Shown: positions 57,354 through 64,000 of the stretch, in pieces | Layout: each line of letters starts with the position of its first letter | How positions within the stretch are numbered: position 1 is the first letter of the stretch | Assembly: GCA_963696395.1 (NCBI GenBank) | Contig: CAVOJZ010000002.1 | Location: 784,619-848,618, forward strand | Direction: 5' to 3' | Source of the DNA: an uncultured bacterium | GTDB lineage: Bacteria; Patescibacteriota; Minisyncoccia; UBA6257; 2-01-FULL-56-20 | DNA length: 64,000 nucleotides | Notes under the pieces: model-generated | What the model was told of the DNA's origin: nothing | Seen by the model: the letters and a program-made list of their open reading frames with translations, nothing else | The model's database searches: none | Translations under genes and position numbers: made by a program

Positions 57354-57629
57354 ATGAACGACGCCTTCATTGTTAAGCAACCCTGGATCACCGAAAAAGC
57401 CACCGACCTCACGGCCATGAATAAGTACGTCTTCCTCGTAAAAGAGAAAGCGAGCAAGCCGGAGATCAAGAAAGCCATCCATGCGCTCTATAAAGTAGAC
57501 GTCACGGCGGTAAACGTTGTGAATCGTCCCGCAAAGACCAAGCGCTATATGAACAAGCGTGGTTTTCAGGAAGGCTACCGGAAGGCGATTGTCACCATCA
57601 AAGACGGCCAAAAAATTGACCTTGTCTAA
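57354..57629 (+). CDS. rplW: 50S ribosomal protein L23
   Basis: uL23; 91 aa. Confidence 0.9.
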   Translation: MNDAFIVKQPWITEKATDLTAMNKYVFLVKEKASKPEIKKAIHALYKVDVTAVNVVNRPAKTKRYMNKRGFQEGYRKAIVTIKDGQKIDLV

Positions 57630-57631
57630 CC

Positions 57632-58471
57632 ATGAAGACCTATAAACCAACAAGCGCCTCGCGGCGCAATATGACGGGAAGCGACTACAGCACGCTCACC
57701 AAGGGCGTCCGTCCATGGAAGCCGCTTTTGAAGCGTTTGAAATCGAATGCCGGCCGCAACTCGCAGGGCCGCATCACGACGCGTCACCAGGGTGGTGGCA
57801 ATAAGAAATTGTATCGCGTTATTGATTTCAAGCAGGGCAATTTGAATACAAAGCTGTTCGTGGAAACCATCGAATACGATCCGTATCGCACGGCGTTCAT
57901 CGCCCGCGTAAAGAATGCTAATGGAAGCCGAAGCTATATCCTGGCACCGGAGGGCATGAAGGCTGAAACGGAAATCATGATCGCGGAAGCGGCTCCGTTC
58001 AAAACCGGCAACCGCATGTTCCTCAAGAATATTCCGGTCGGCCAGCAGGTTCACAACATCGAGATGCATCCGGGTCACGGTGGCCAGCTCGCGCGTTCCG
58101 CGGGAGCTTATGCCGAAGTGCTTGCGAATGCGGACGGTTACACCGACCTCAAGCTTAACTCGGGCGAAGTCCGCCGCGTGCAGTGGACGTGCCTTGCTTC
58201 GCTTGGCCAGGTCTCGAACGCGGAATGGAGTTTGATCTCGCTCGGAAAAGCAGGCCGCTCGCGCTGGCTTGGCATCCGGCCGACCGTCCGCGGCAGCGCT
58301 ATGAACCCGGTTGACCATCCGTACGGCGGCGGCGAAGGCGCACAGCCTCGTGGTACCCGTAAACCGAAGACGATGTGGGGCAAGGTGACCGGCGGACACA
58401 AGACACGCAATCCAAAGAAGAAATCGTCGCAATTCATCGTTAAGCGCCGCAAGAACGCCCGCGCCAAATAA
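57632..58471 (+). CDS. rplB: 50S ribosomal protein L2
   Basis: uL2 signature ...GRNSQGRITTRHQGGG...; 279 aa. Confidence 0.95.
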   Translation: MKTYKPTSASRRNMTGSDYSTLTKGVRPWKPLLKRLKSNAGRNSQGRITTRHQGGGNKKLYRVIDFKQGNLNTKLFVETIEYDPYRTAFIARVKNANGSRSYILAPEGMKAETEIMIAEAAPFKTGNRMFLKNIPVGQQVHNIEMHPGHGGQLARSAGAYAEVLANADGYTDLKLNSGEVRRVQWTCLASLGQVSNAEWSLISLGKAGRSRWLGIRPTVRGSAMNPVDHPYGGGEGAQPRGTRKPKTMWGKVTGGHKTRNPKKKSSQFIVKRRKNARAK

Positions 58472-58490
58472 TTATCATTAACCTAAAACC

Positions 58491-58826
58491 ATGAGCCGAA
58501 GTTTAAAGAAAGGACCATTCGTTGACCCCAAGCTTCTCAAGAAGGTTGCGGCCGACAAAGCAGGCAGTGGAACCGTCATCAAGACGTGGTCCCGCGCCTC
58601 GGAAATCGCACCAGAAATGGTTGGCCATGTTTTTGGCGTGCACAACGGAAAGACCCACATCGAAGTTCGCGTCACGGAAGAGATGGTGGGACACCGTCTC
58701 GGCGAATTTTCCCCGACCCGCAAGTTCACCCGCCACGGCGGCAAGATGCAGAAGGAACTTGAAATGAAGTCCGCGGAAGCGGGCAAGACGGCTGCCGCAG
58801 CAGCGAAAGCCGCGCCGGCTAAATAA
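58491..58826 (+). CDS. rpsS: 30S ribosomal protein S19 (with Ala/Lys-rich C-terminal tail)
   Basis: [12 protein letters not shown]... Confidence 0.9.
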   Translation: MSRSLKKGPFVDPKLLKKVAADKAGSGTVIKTWSRASEIAPEMVGHVFGVHNGKTHIEVRVTEEMVGHRLGEFSPTRKFTRHGGKMQKELEMKSAEAGKTAAAAAKAAPAK

Positions 58827-58837
58827 AAGAGCGAACC

Positions 58838-59356
58838 ATGGAACACCAAACTGCAACATTACGATATCTCCGGATGGCACCGCGCAAAGTGCGGAGCGTT
58901 GGCGATCTCGTAAAAGGTCTTTCAGTGAATGACGCTGAAGCTCAGCTTCTCATGCAGAGCCGCCGGCCCGCAAAAGCCATTCTCAAACTCTTGCGTTCGG
59001 CGGTTGCGAATGCTAAAACCAACAAGAAGTGGAATGCCGATCATCTCTTCGTGGAATCCGTCCGTGTTGACGGAGGACCGATGTTGAAGCGCGTTCTTCC
59101 GCGTGCGCGTGGTTCGGCTTCGCCGATCCAAAAAAAGATGAGTCATGTGACGATCACGCTTGGCGTCAACGAAAATCTCAAATCCAAATACACCATCGTA
59201 ACGCCGAAGAAAACAAAGATTCCAAAAGTAACGAGCACGAAGAAAACGAAAGACAAGCGCTCGCCGGATTCATCCGAAGATAAGATCGAAACGCCGAAGC
59301 AAAAGCCGGGCTTCTGGAAACGGACCTTTAACCGCCGTAAAGCAGGTGACAAATAA
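58838..59356 (+). CDS. rplV: 50S ribosomal protein L22 with long basic C-terminal extension
   Basis: uL22 core to ~aa 115, then Lys/Thr-rich tail. Confidence 0.85.
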   Translation: MEHQTATLRYLRMAPRKVRSVGDLVKGLSVNDAEAQLLMQSRRPAKAILKLLRSAVANAKTNKKWNADHLFVESVRVDGGPMLKRVLPRARGSASPIQKKMSHVTITLGVNENLKSKYTIVTPKKTKIPKVTSTKKTKDKRSPDSSEDKIETPKQKPGFWKRTFNRRKAGDK

Positions 59357-59358
59357 CC

Positions 59359-60093
59359 ATGGGACAGAAAATTAATCCAAATTCATATCGCTTAGGAATC
59401 ACCAAGAACTGGCCGGTGCGCTGGTTCCTTAAGGGCGGCTATCCGCAGTTCCTCGAGGAAGATGAGGCCATTCGCAACACCATCAATAAAATGATCGTGC
59501 TTGCAGGCGTCGCCGATATCCAGATCGAACGCACGCAGGGTAACCTTCGCGTGTTCATCCGTGCAGCCCGTCCGGGCCTCGTGATTGGCCGCGGCGGCAA
59601 GGGGATGGAAGACCTCCAGAAAGCCGTTTCAAACGCGCTCCAAAAAGTGCGCAAGACGCGTTCCAAAGTTGCCTTGAGCCTGAACGTTGAAGAACTCAAG
59701 CGTTCCGAAGTTTCGGCGAAATATACCGCACAGCAGATCGCATGGGATCTCGAAAAGCGCATGCCGTTCCGCCGGACCATGAAGAAATATATTGAGCAGG
59801 TCCAACAGAACAAAGACGTGAAAGGCGTGAAGATCTTTTTGTCCGGTCGCCTTGATGGAAACGAAATCGCCCGCCGCGAACGCCTCGTACGCGGATCGCT
59901 CCCATTGCAGACGCTTCGCGCTGACATTGATTACGGCCGCGTCACGGCGAAGACAACCTACGGAACTATCGGGGTAAGCGTGTGGGTGTACCGCGGCGAA
60001 ATTTTTGAAAAAGAAGAAAAGAAAAACAATACCGAAAACCGGTTCAGCCGCCGCGATCCGAATCCGGAGCCGCGCCGCGATGAACGCCGTTAA
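59359..60093 (+). CDS. rpsC: 30S ribosomal protein S3
   Basis: MGQKINPNSYRLG... KH domain; 244 aa. Confidence 0.95.
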   Translation: MGQKINPNSYRLGITKNWPVRWFLKGGYPQFLEEDEAIRNTINKMIVLAGVADIQIERTQGNLRVFIRAARPGLVIGRGGKGMEDLQKAVSNALQKVRKTRSKVALSLNVEELKRSEVSAKYTAQQIAWDLEKRMPFRRTMKKYIEQVQQNKDVKGVKIFLSGRLDGNEIARRERLVRGSLPLQTLRADIDYGRVTAKTTYGTIGVSVWVYRGEIFEKEEKKNNTENRFSRRDPNPEPRRDERR

Positions 60094-60104
60094 TTTTTAA
60101 AACC

Positions 60105-60530
60105 ATGTTACTCCCCAAGAAAGTAAAACATCGCAAGTGGCAGAAAGGACGCTCCAAGAAGCGCACCGTTGAAACGCGCGGTTTGGAACTGAGCTACGGA
60201 CAGTTCGGTCTGAAGTCACTCGAATCGGCGTGGGTGAATTCCCGCCAGATCGAAGCAGCGCGCAAGACGATCACGAATTTCCTCAAGCGCGAAGGACGCC
60301 TTTGGATCCGTATCTTCCCCGACAAGCCGATCACGCTTCAGGCGCCGGAAAAAACGCTCGGCGGCGGCAAGGGTTCGGTTGACCACTATGTGTTTCCGGT
60401 GAAGCCGGGTCGCATCCTTTTTGAAATCGATGGTGTCCCGAGTGCGAAGGCGCGCGAAGCATTGCGCCATGCGTCGTACAAATTGCCGGTGAAAACCCGC
60501 ATTATCGATAAAACAACTTCAGCACGCTAA
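60105..60530 (+). CDS. rplP: 50S ribosomal protein L16
   Basis: MLLPKKVKHRKWQKGR... Confidence 0.95.
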   Translation: MLLPKKVKHRKWQKGRSKKRTVETRGLELSYGQFGLKSLESAWVNSRQIEAARKTITNFLKREGRLWIRIFPDKPITLQAPEKTLGGGKGSVDHYVFPVKPGRILFEIDGVPSAKAREALRHASYKLPVKTRIIDKTTSAR

Positions 60531-60531
60531 C

Positions 60532-60726
60532 ATGAAAAAGAAAGACATCCAGGATTTAAAAACGCGCTCGATCATTGACCTCACGAGTCTCGAACAGGAA
60601 AGCAAAGAGAAATTGCGCGCCCTTCGATTTGACCTTGCGGCCGGAAAAGTGAAGAATGTAGCGGAGCTTCACGAAGTCAAAAAGAAGATCGCCCGTATTA
60701 AAACGTTTATCAAAAACCATGCCTAA
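60532..60726 (+). CDS. rpmC: 50S ribosomal protein L29
   Basis: 64 aa helical, uL29 pattern. Confidence 0.85.
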   Translation: MKKKDIQDLKTRSIIDLTSLEQESKEKLRALRFDLAAGKVKNVAELHEVKKKIARIKTFIKNHA

Positions 60727-60970
60727 CGAATCAAAACACCGAAAATTGACGGGAACCGTCGTGTCCGACAAGATGCAAAAGACACGCGTGGTTGCGGTTG
60801 AGCGCCTTAAGAAGCACCCGAAATATGTGACCTATTACCGCGTGACGACCAAGTTCAAGGCGCACGACGAAAACAACGAATACAAGACGGGCGACAAGGT
60901 GGTCATCGAAGAAACGCGGCCGTTGTCGAAGGACAAGCGCTGGCGGATCCTCAATAAGATAACGAAATAA
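60719..60970 (+). CDS. rpsQ: 30S ribosomal protein S17
   Basis: ...[21 protein letters not shown]... Confidence 0.9.
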   Translation: MPNESKHRKLTGTVVSDKMQKTRVVAVERLKKHPKYVTYYRVTTKFKAHDENNEYKTGDKVVIEETRPLSKDKRWRILNKITK

Positions 60971-60971
60971 C

Positions 60972-61340
60972 ATGATACAGGAACGATCCATCTTAAAAGT
61001 GGCCGATAACAGTGGTGCCAAATTGGTGCGGTGTTTCCGTATCCTTGGCGGCACACACCACCGCTATGCGGGTGTTGGCGACGTGGTTGTTGCATCCGTG
61101 CAATCAGCCGAGCCGCGCAAGAACGTCAAAAAGAAAGACGTTGTGAAGGTGCTCGTGGTCCGCACCCGGCAGATCATGCGCCGGAAGGATGGTTCGTATG
61201 TCCGCTTCGACGAGAACGCCGTCATTTTGATTGATGCCAAGAAAGAGCCGGTGGCGACGCGCATCTTCGGCCCCTTGCCCCGCGAACTCAAAGAGAAAGG
61301 TTATGAAAAATTGATGACGATGGCGGAAGAAATTGTTTAA
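60972..61340 (+). CDS. rplN: 50S ribosomal protein L14
   Basis: MIQERSILKVADNSGAK... Confidence 0.95.
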   Translation: MIQERSILKVADNSGAKLVRCFRILGGTHHRYAGVGDVVVASVQSAEPRKNVKKKDVVKVLVVRTRQIMRRKDGSYVRFDENAVILIDAKKEPVATRIFGPLPRELKEKGYEKLMTMAEEIV

Positions 61341-61345
61341 CTACC

Positions 61346-61651
61346 ATGAAACTCAAGAAAGGCGACCAGGTACGAATAATGTCGGGTAAAGATCGCGGGA
61401 AAACCGGGACGGTGTTAATCGCGTTCCCGACCGACGAAAAAATTATTGTTGATAATCTCAACCTCTTCAAGAAGCGATCCAAGCCAAAGAAGCAGGGTGA
61501 GTCGGGCCAGATCGTTCAGGTTGCCCGTCCGATGCCGGCATCAAAGGTGATGATCGTTTGCGGAAACTGCAAAAATCCGACCCGTATCGGCTACCGAACG
61601 GAGAGCGGCAGCAAAATTCGCTTTTGCAAAAAGTGCAAAGCAAATCTATAA
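61346..61651 (+). CDS. rplX: 50S ribosomal protein L24 with C-terminal 4-Cys zinc-ribbon extension
   Basis: KOW motif (IMSGKDRGKTG); C-terminal CGNCKN...CKKCK. Confidence 0.9.
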   Translation: MKLKKGDQVRIMSGKDRGKTGTVLIAFPTDEKIIVDNLNLFKKRSKPKKQGESGQIVQVARPMPASKVMIVCGNCKNPTRIGYRTESGSKIRFCKKCKANL

Positions 61652-61653
61652 CC

Positions 61654-62205
61654 ATGGCACACGCAACCAACAATCAAAGCAAAGAACGCAAAGAGATCCG
61701 AAGCTTCCTCGAGAAGATCGTGATTGACGCGGGCGTCGGCCGGCTCGGCCAGCAACCCAATTTTGAAGATAAGACCCTTGTCCAAGTGATGCGTGACCTC
61801 GCTGCCATGACCGGCCAGAAGCCGGAAGTGCGCCGCGCGAAGAAATCCATCGCCGGATTCAAGCTGCGCGAGGGGCAGATCGTGGGTCTTCGCACAACAC
61901 TCCGCCGCGAGAAAATGGTTGATTTTTTCGAGCGTCTGATTACAATAGTATTACCTCGCGTGCGCGACTTTAACGGTCTTGAGCATTCCGCGATTGATCA
62001 GGGCGGAACGTTGAACGTGGGCGTACGTGAACACCAGGTGTTCCCGGAAATCTCACCGGAGGCTTCGCCTGTTTCGTTTTCCATCGGCGTGAGCATCGTC
62101 CCGAAGAAAAAGAACCGCGAAAAGGCTGTCGTGGAATTCGCAAAGTTCGGCGTACCAATGAAGAAAGATGCGCCGGCGCCGAAAGGAAAGAAGAAGAAAA
62201 AATAA
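61654..62205 (+). CDS. rplE: 50S ribosomal protein L5
   Basis: Start taken at ATG 61654 right after rplX stop (track shows upstream in-frame start 61558). Confidence 0.9.
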   Translation: MAHATNNQSKERKEIRSFLEKIVIDAGVGRLGQQPNFEDKTLVQVMRDLAAMTGQKPEVRRAKKSIAGFKLREGQIVGLRTTLRREKMVDFFERLITIVLPRVRDFNGLEHSAIDQGGTLNVGVREHQVFPEISPEASPVSFSIGVSIVPKKKNREKAVVEFAKFGVPMKKDAPAPKGKKKKK

Positions 62206-62206
62206 C

Positions 62207-62392
62207 ATGGCAAAAGAATCCGTCATCGCACGAGGCAAAAAGAAACCAAAGTTTTCATCCCGGATTGTACGGCGCTGTTTCCGCTGCGGCCGAAAACGGG
62301 GCTTTATGCGTGATTTTGGATTGTGCCGCATCTGCTTCCGTGAAATGGCCACGAATCAACAGATCCCCGGCGTCAAAAAAGCATCCTGGTAA
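62207..62392 (+). CDS. rpsN: 30S ribosomal protein S14, zinc-binding type Z (61 aa)
   Basis: [46 protein letters not shown]... Confidence 0.9.
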   Translation: MAKESVIARGKKKPKFSSRIVRRCFRCGRKRGFMRDFGLCRICFREMATNQQIPGVKKASW

Positions 62393-62397
62393 ATCCT

Positions 62398-62772
62398 ATG
62401 TACTACAACATCCTTTCTGAATTAAAAAATGCAGTGCGGGCGCGCAAAGAGCGCGTGACGTTCCCGTTCTCGAAAATGGACTACGCAGTTCTCATGGCGC
62501 TTGCCGAAGGCGGCTATGTGAAGAACGTCGAGAAGGAAACCGTAGGCCGCAAGAATTTCATCACCGCAAAACTTCCCTCAAAGGAAAAGGCGCTCAATGA
62601 TTTCAAATTGATCAGCAAGCCAAGCCGCCATTTTTACGCCGATTACCGGAGTATCCATTCGGTGAAGCAGGGACACGGTCTCGGCGTGTTCTCAACCTCA
62701 AAAGGAATCATGACGCACCGCAAAGCCCTCAAGGCCAAGATCGGCGGTGAATATCTTTTTGAAGTCTGGTAA
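62398..62772 (+). CDS. rpsH: 30S ribosomal protein S8
   Basis: uS8 pattern; 124 aa. Confidence 0.9.
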   Translation: MYYNILSELKNAVRARKERVTFPFSKMDYAVLMALAEGGYVKNVEKETVGRKNFITAKLPSKEKALNDFKLISKPSRHFYADYRSIHSVKQGHGLGVFSTSKGIMTHRKALKAKIGGEYLFEVW

Positions 62773-62783
62773 TTATCACTTTC

Positions 62784-63329
62784 ATGTCACGCCTCATCAA
62801 AAAACCTATCGCTATCGAAACCGGAGCAACCGTCACCAAGAACGGCGACGTTCTTGTGGTGAAGGGGCCGAAAGGGGAGCTTCAGGTGAAAGTTCCTGCA
62901 AGCGTTGCCGTCGCCATTGAAGGCGCGAATCTTGTCGTCACCTCGACCGACGTGAACGGATCAACGGCGCTTGCCGGGACGCTTTACGCGAACACCAAGA
63001 ACGCAATCATCGGCGTCACAACCGGATTCATAAAAGTTTTGGAAATTGAAGGAGTCGGTTATCGCGCGGCAATCGAAGGCAAGGCGCTCGTATTGCACCT
63101 CGGATATGCCCAGCCCGTTAAGCTTCCGGTTCCGGCCGATGTCGTGATCACGGTTGAAAAGAACATCATCAAAATATCCGGCATCAATAAGGAATCCGTC
63201 GGCCAGGCGGCCGCAGAAATCCGCGCGCTCAAGAAACCCGAGCCATACAAGGGAAAGGGAATCCATTACCAGGGCGAAGTGATTCGCCGCAAAGTCGGTA
63301 AGAAAGCCGGTGCAACCGCCGCGGCATAA
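62784..63329 (+). CDS. rplF: 50S ribosomal protein L6
   Basis: MSRLIKKPIAIETGATV... Confidence 0.95.
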   Translation: MSRLIKKPIAIETGATVTKNGDVLVVKGPKGELQVKVPASVAVAIEGANLVVTSTDVNGSTALAGTLYANTKNAIIGVTTGFIKVLEIEGVGYRAAIEGKALVLHLGYAQPVKLPVPADVVITVEKNIIKISGINKESVGQAAAEIRALKKPEPYKGKGIHYQGEVIRRKVGKKAGATAAA

Positions 63330-63341
63330 TATTAAAAAACC

Positions 63342-63710
63342 ATGAACTCCCGCAAAAAATTAAATGCAAAGAGGACTCGCCGCGGTGCGCGAACGCGCAA
63401 AGCGATTTTGGGTACCACCGACCGACCGCGCCTCGCCGTTCGCCGGAGCAACCGCTATTTCTACGCCCAGCTTATTGACGATGTGAAGGGCCATACGCTG
63501 GTTTCTGCTTCAAGTTTTCGCGGCGCTAAGGCCGGCGCGAAAGCAAAAGCGGCAAAGTCCGCCGATGCCTACACGGTTGGTGAAGCCCTCGGCAAGAAGG
63601 CGGTTGAAAAAGGGATCACGGCAATCGTTTTTGATCGGAGTTCATACAAATTCCATGGTCGCGTAAAACAATTCGCCGACGGCGCAAAAAAAGCCGGCCT
63701 TAAATTCTAA
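63342..63710 (+). CDS. rplR: 50S ribosomal protein L18
   Basis: uL18 pattern; 122 aa. Confidence 0.9.
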   Translation: MNSRKKLNAKRTRRGARTRKAILGTTDRPRLAVRRSNRYFYAQLIDDVKGHTLVSASSFRGAKAGAKAKAAKSADAYTVGEALGKKAVEKGITAIVFDRSSYKFHGRVKQFADGAKKAGLKF

Positions 63711-63721
63711 CTACCAAATTC

Positions 63722-64000
63722 ATGCCAATGCCAAATCCAGCTTATCGGCGCCGTGATGCGCTCCCAAAGCCAAGAGAGGAATTTCGTGAACGCGTTCTTG
63801 ATATGCGTCGCGTAACGCGCGTCGTTGCCGGAGGCAAACGCTTCCGTTTCCGTGCAACGCTCGTTCTCGGCGATGAAAAGGGCCGCGTCGGCATCGGCGT
63901 GGCGAAAGGCCTCGACGTCCAGCAGGCGGTTGCCAAGGCAAAAACCGAGGCAAAGAAGAATATGCTCGTCGTGAACCTGAAAGACGGCCGCACGATCGCG
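63722..64000 (+). CDS. rpsE: 30S ribosomal protein S5 (N-terminal part; continues beyond window)
   Basis: Frame from ATG 63722 open to window end; ...RVTRVVAGGKRFRFRATLVLGDEKGRVGIGVAKG... uS5 signature. Confidence 0.85.
   Translation, partial: MPMPNPAYRRRDALPKPREEFRERVLDMRRVTRVVAGGKRFRFRATLVLGDEKGRVGIGVAKGLDVQQAVAKAKTEAKKNMLVVNLKDGRTIA

Overview
This 64 kb window looks like a small, reduced bacterial genome of the Candidate Phyla Radiation (Patescibacteria) type. The signs are a truncated ValRS without the C-terminal coiled coil, L24 with a C-terminal zinc ribbon, type-Z S14, a type IV pilin next to a 2246-aa multi-repeat surface protein, and three secreted proteins sharing PG_binding_1-like domains. 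The backbone is housekeeping: VIT1-like transporter, rpmB, Hsp20, PrsW-like protease, valS, tgt, tsaD, recG, a Ca2+/H+ antiporter, a Zn/Mn ABC importer, S2P protease, then rpsL-rpsG-fusA. About 15 kb then intervenes before tuf-rpsJ and the rplC...rpsE ribosomal block. I call seven tRNAs, all by hand-folding: Pro-GGG, Glu-TTC twice, Lys-CTT, Arg-TCG, Ala-TGC, plus decayed tRNA-like remnants. The fusA-tuf interval is accessory-like. It holds an IS30 element, an HTH gene, xseAB, an ICMT-family methyltransferase and a PadR-PspC pair. It also holds a UvrD-like helicase fused to a Cas4/AddB-like Fe-S nuclease, a lower-GC block (Mrr type IV restriction enzyme, an RsbW-like GHKL ATPase with a STAS-like partner, a Pif1 helicase), yggU, greA and dinB. 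The most unusual signal is at 43.28-43.91 kb: a tandem array of promoter -> ~75-nt RNA -> terminator units interleaved with two copies of a tmRNA-TLD-like tRNA mimic. Each copy's variable hairpin is reverse-complementary, with co-variation between copies, to the 5' end of the RNA unit just downstream, and the last unit is the leader of the helicase-nuclease gene. Two further promoter/terminator-bounded structured ncRNA candidates (~245 nt upstream of rpsL; ~385 nt after pif1 with RNase-P-like P4 motifs) and an orphan sRNA sharing the array's terminator family are also reported. All calls are from manual reading of the sequence; no database search was run.
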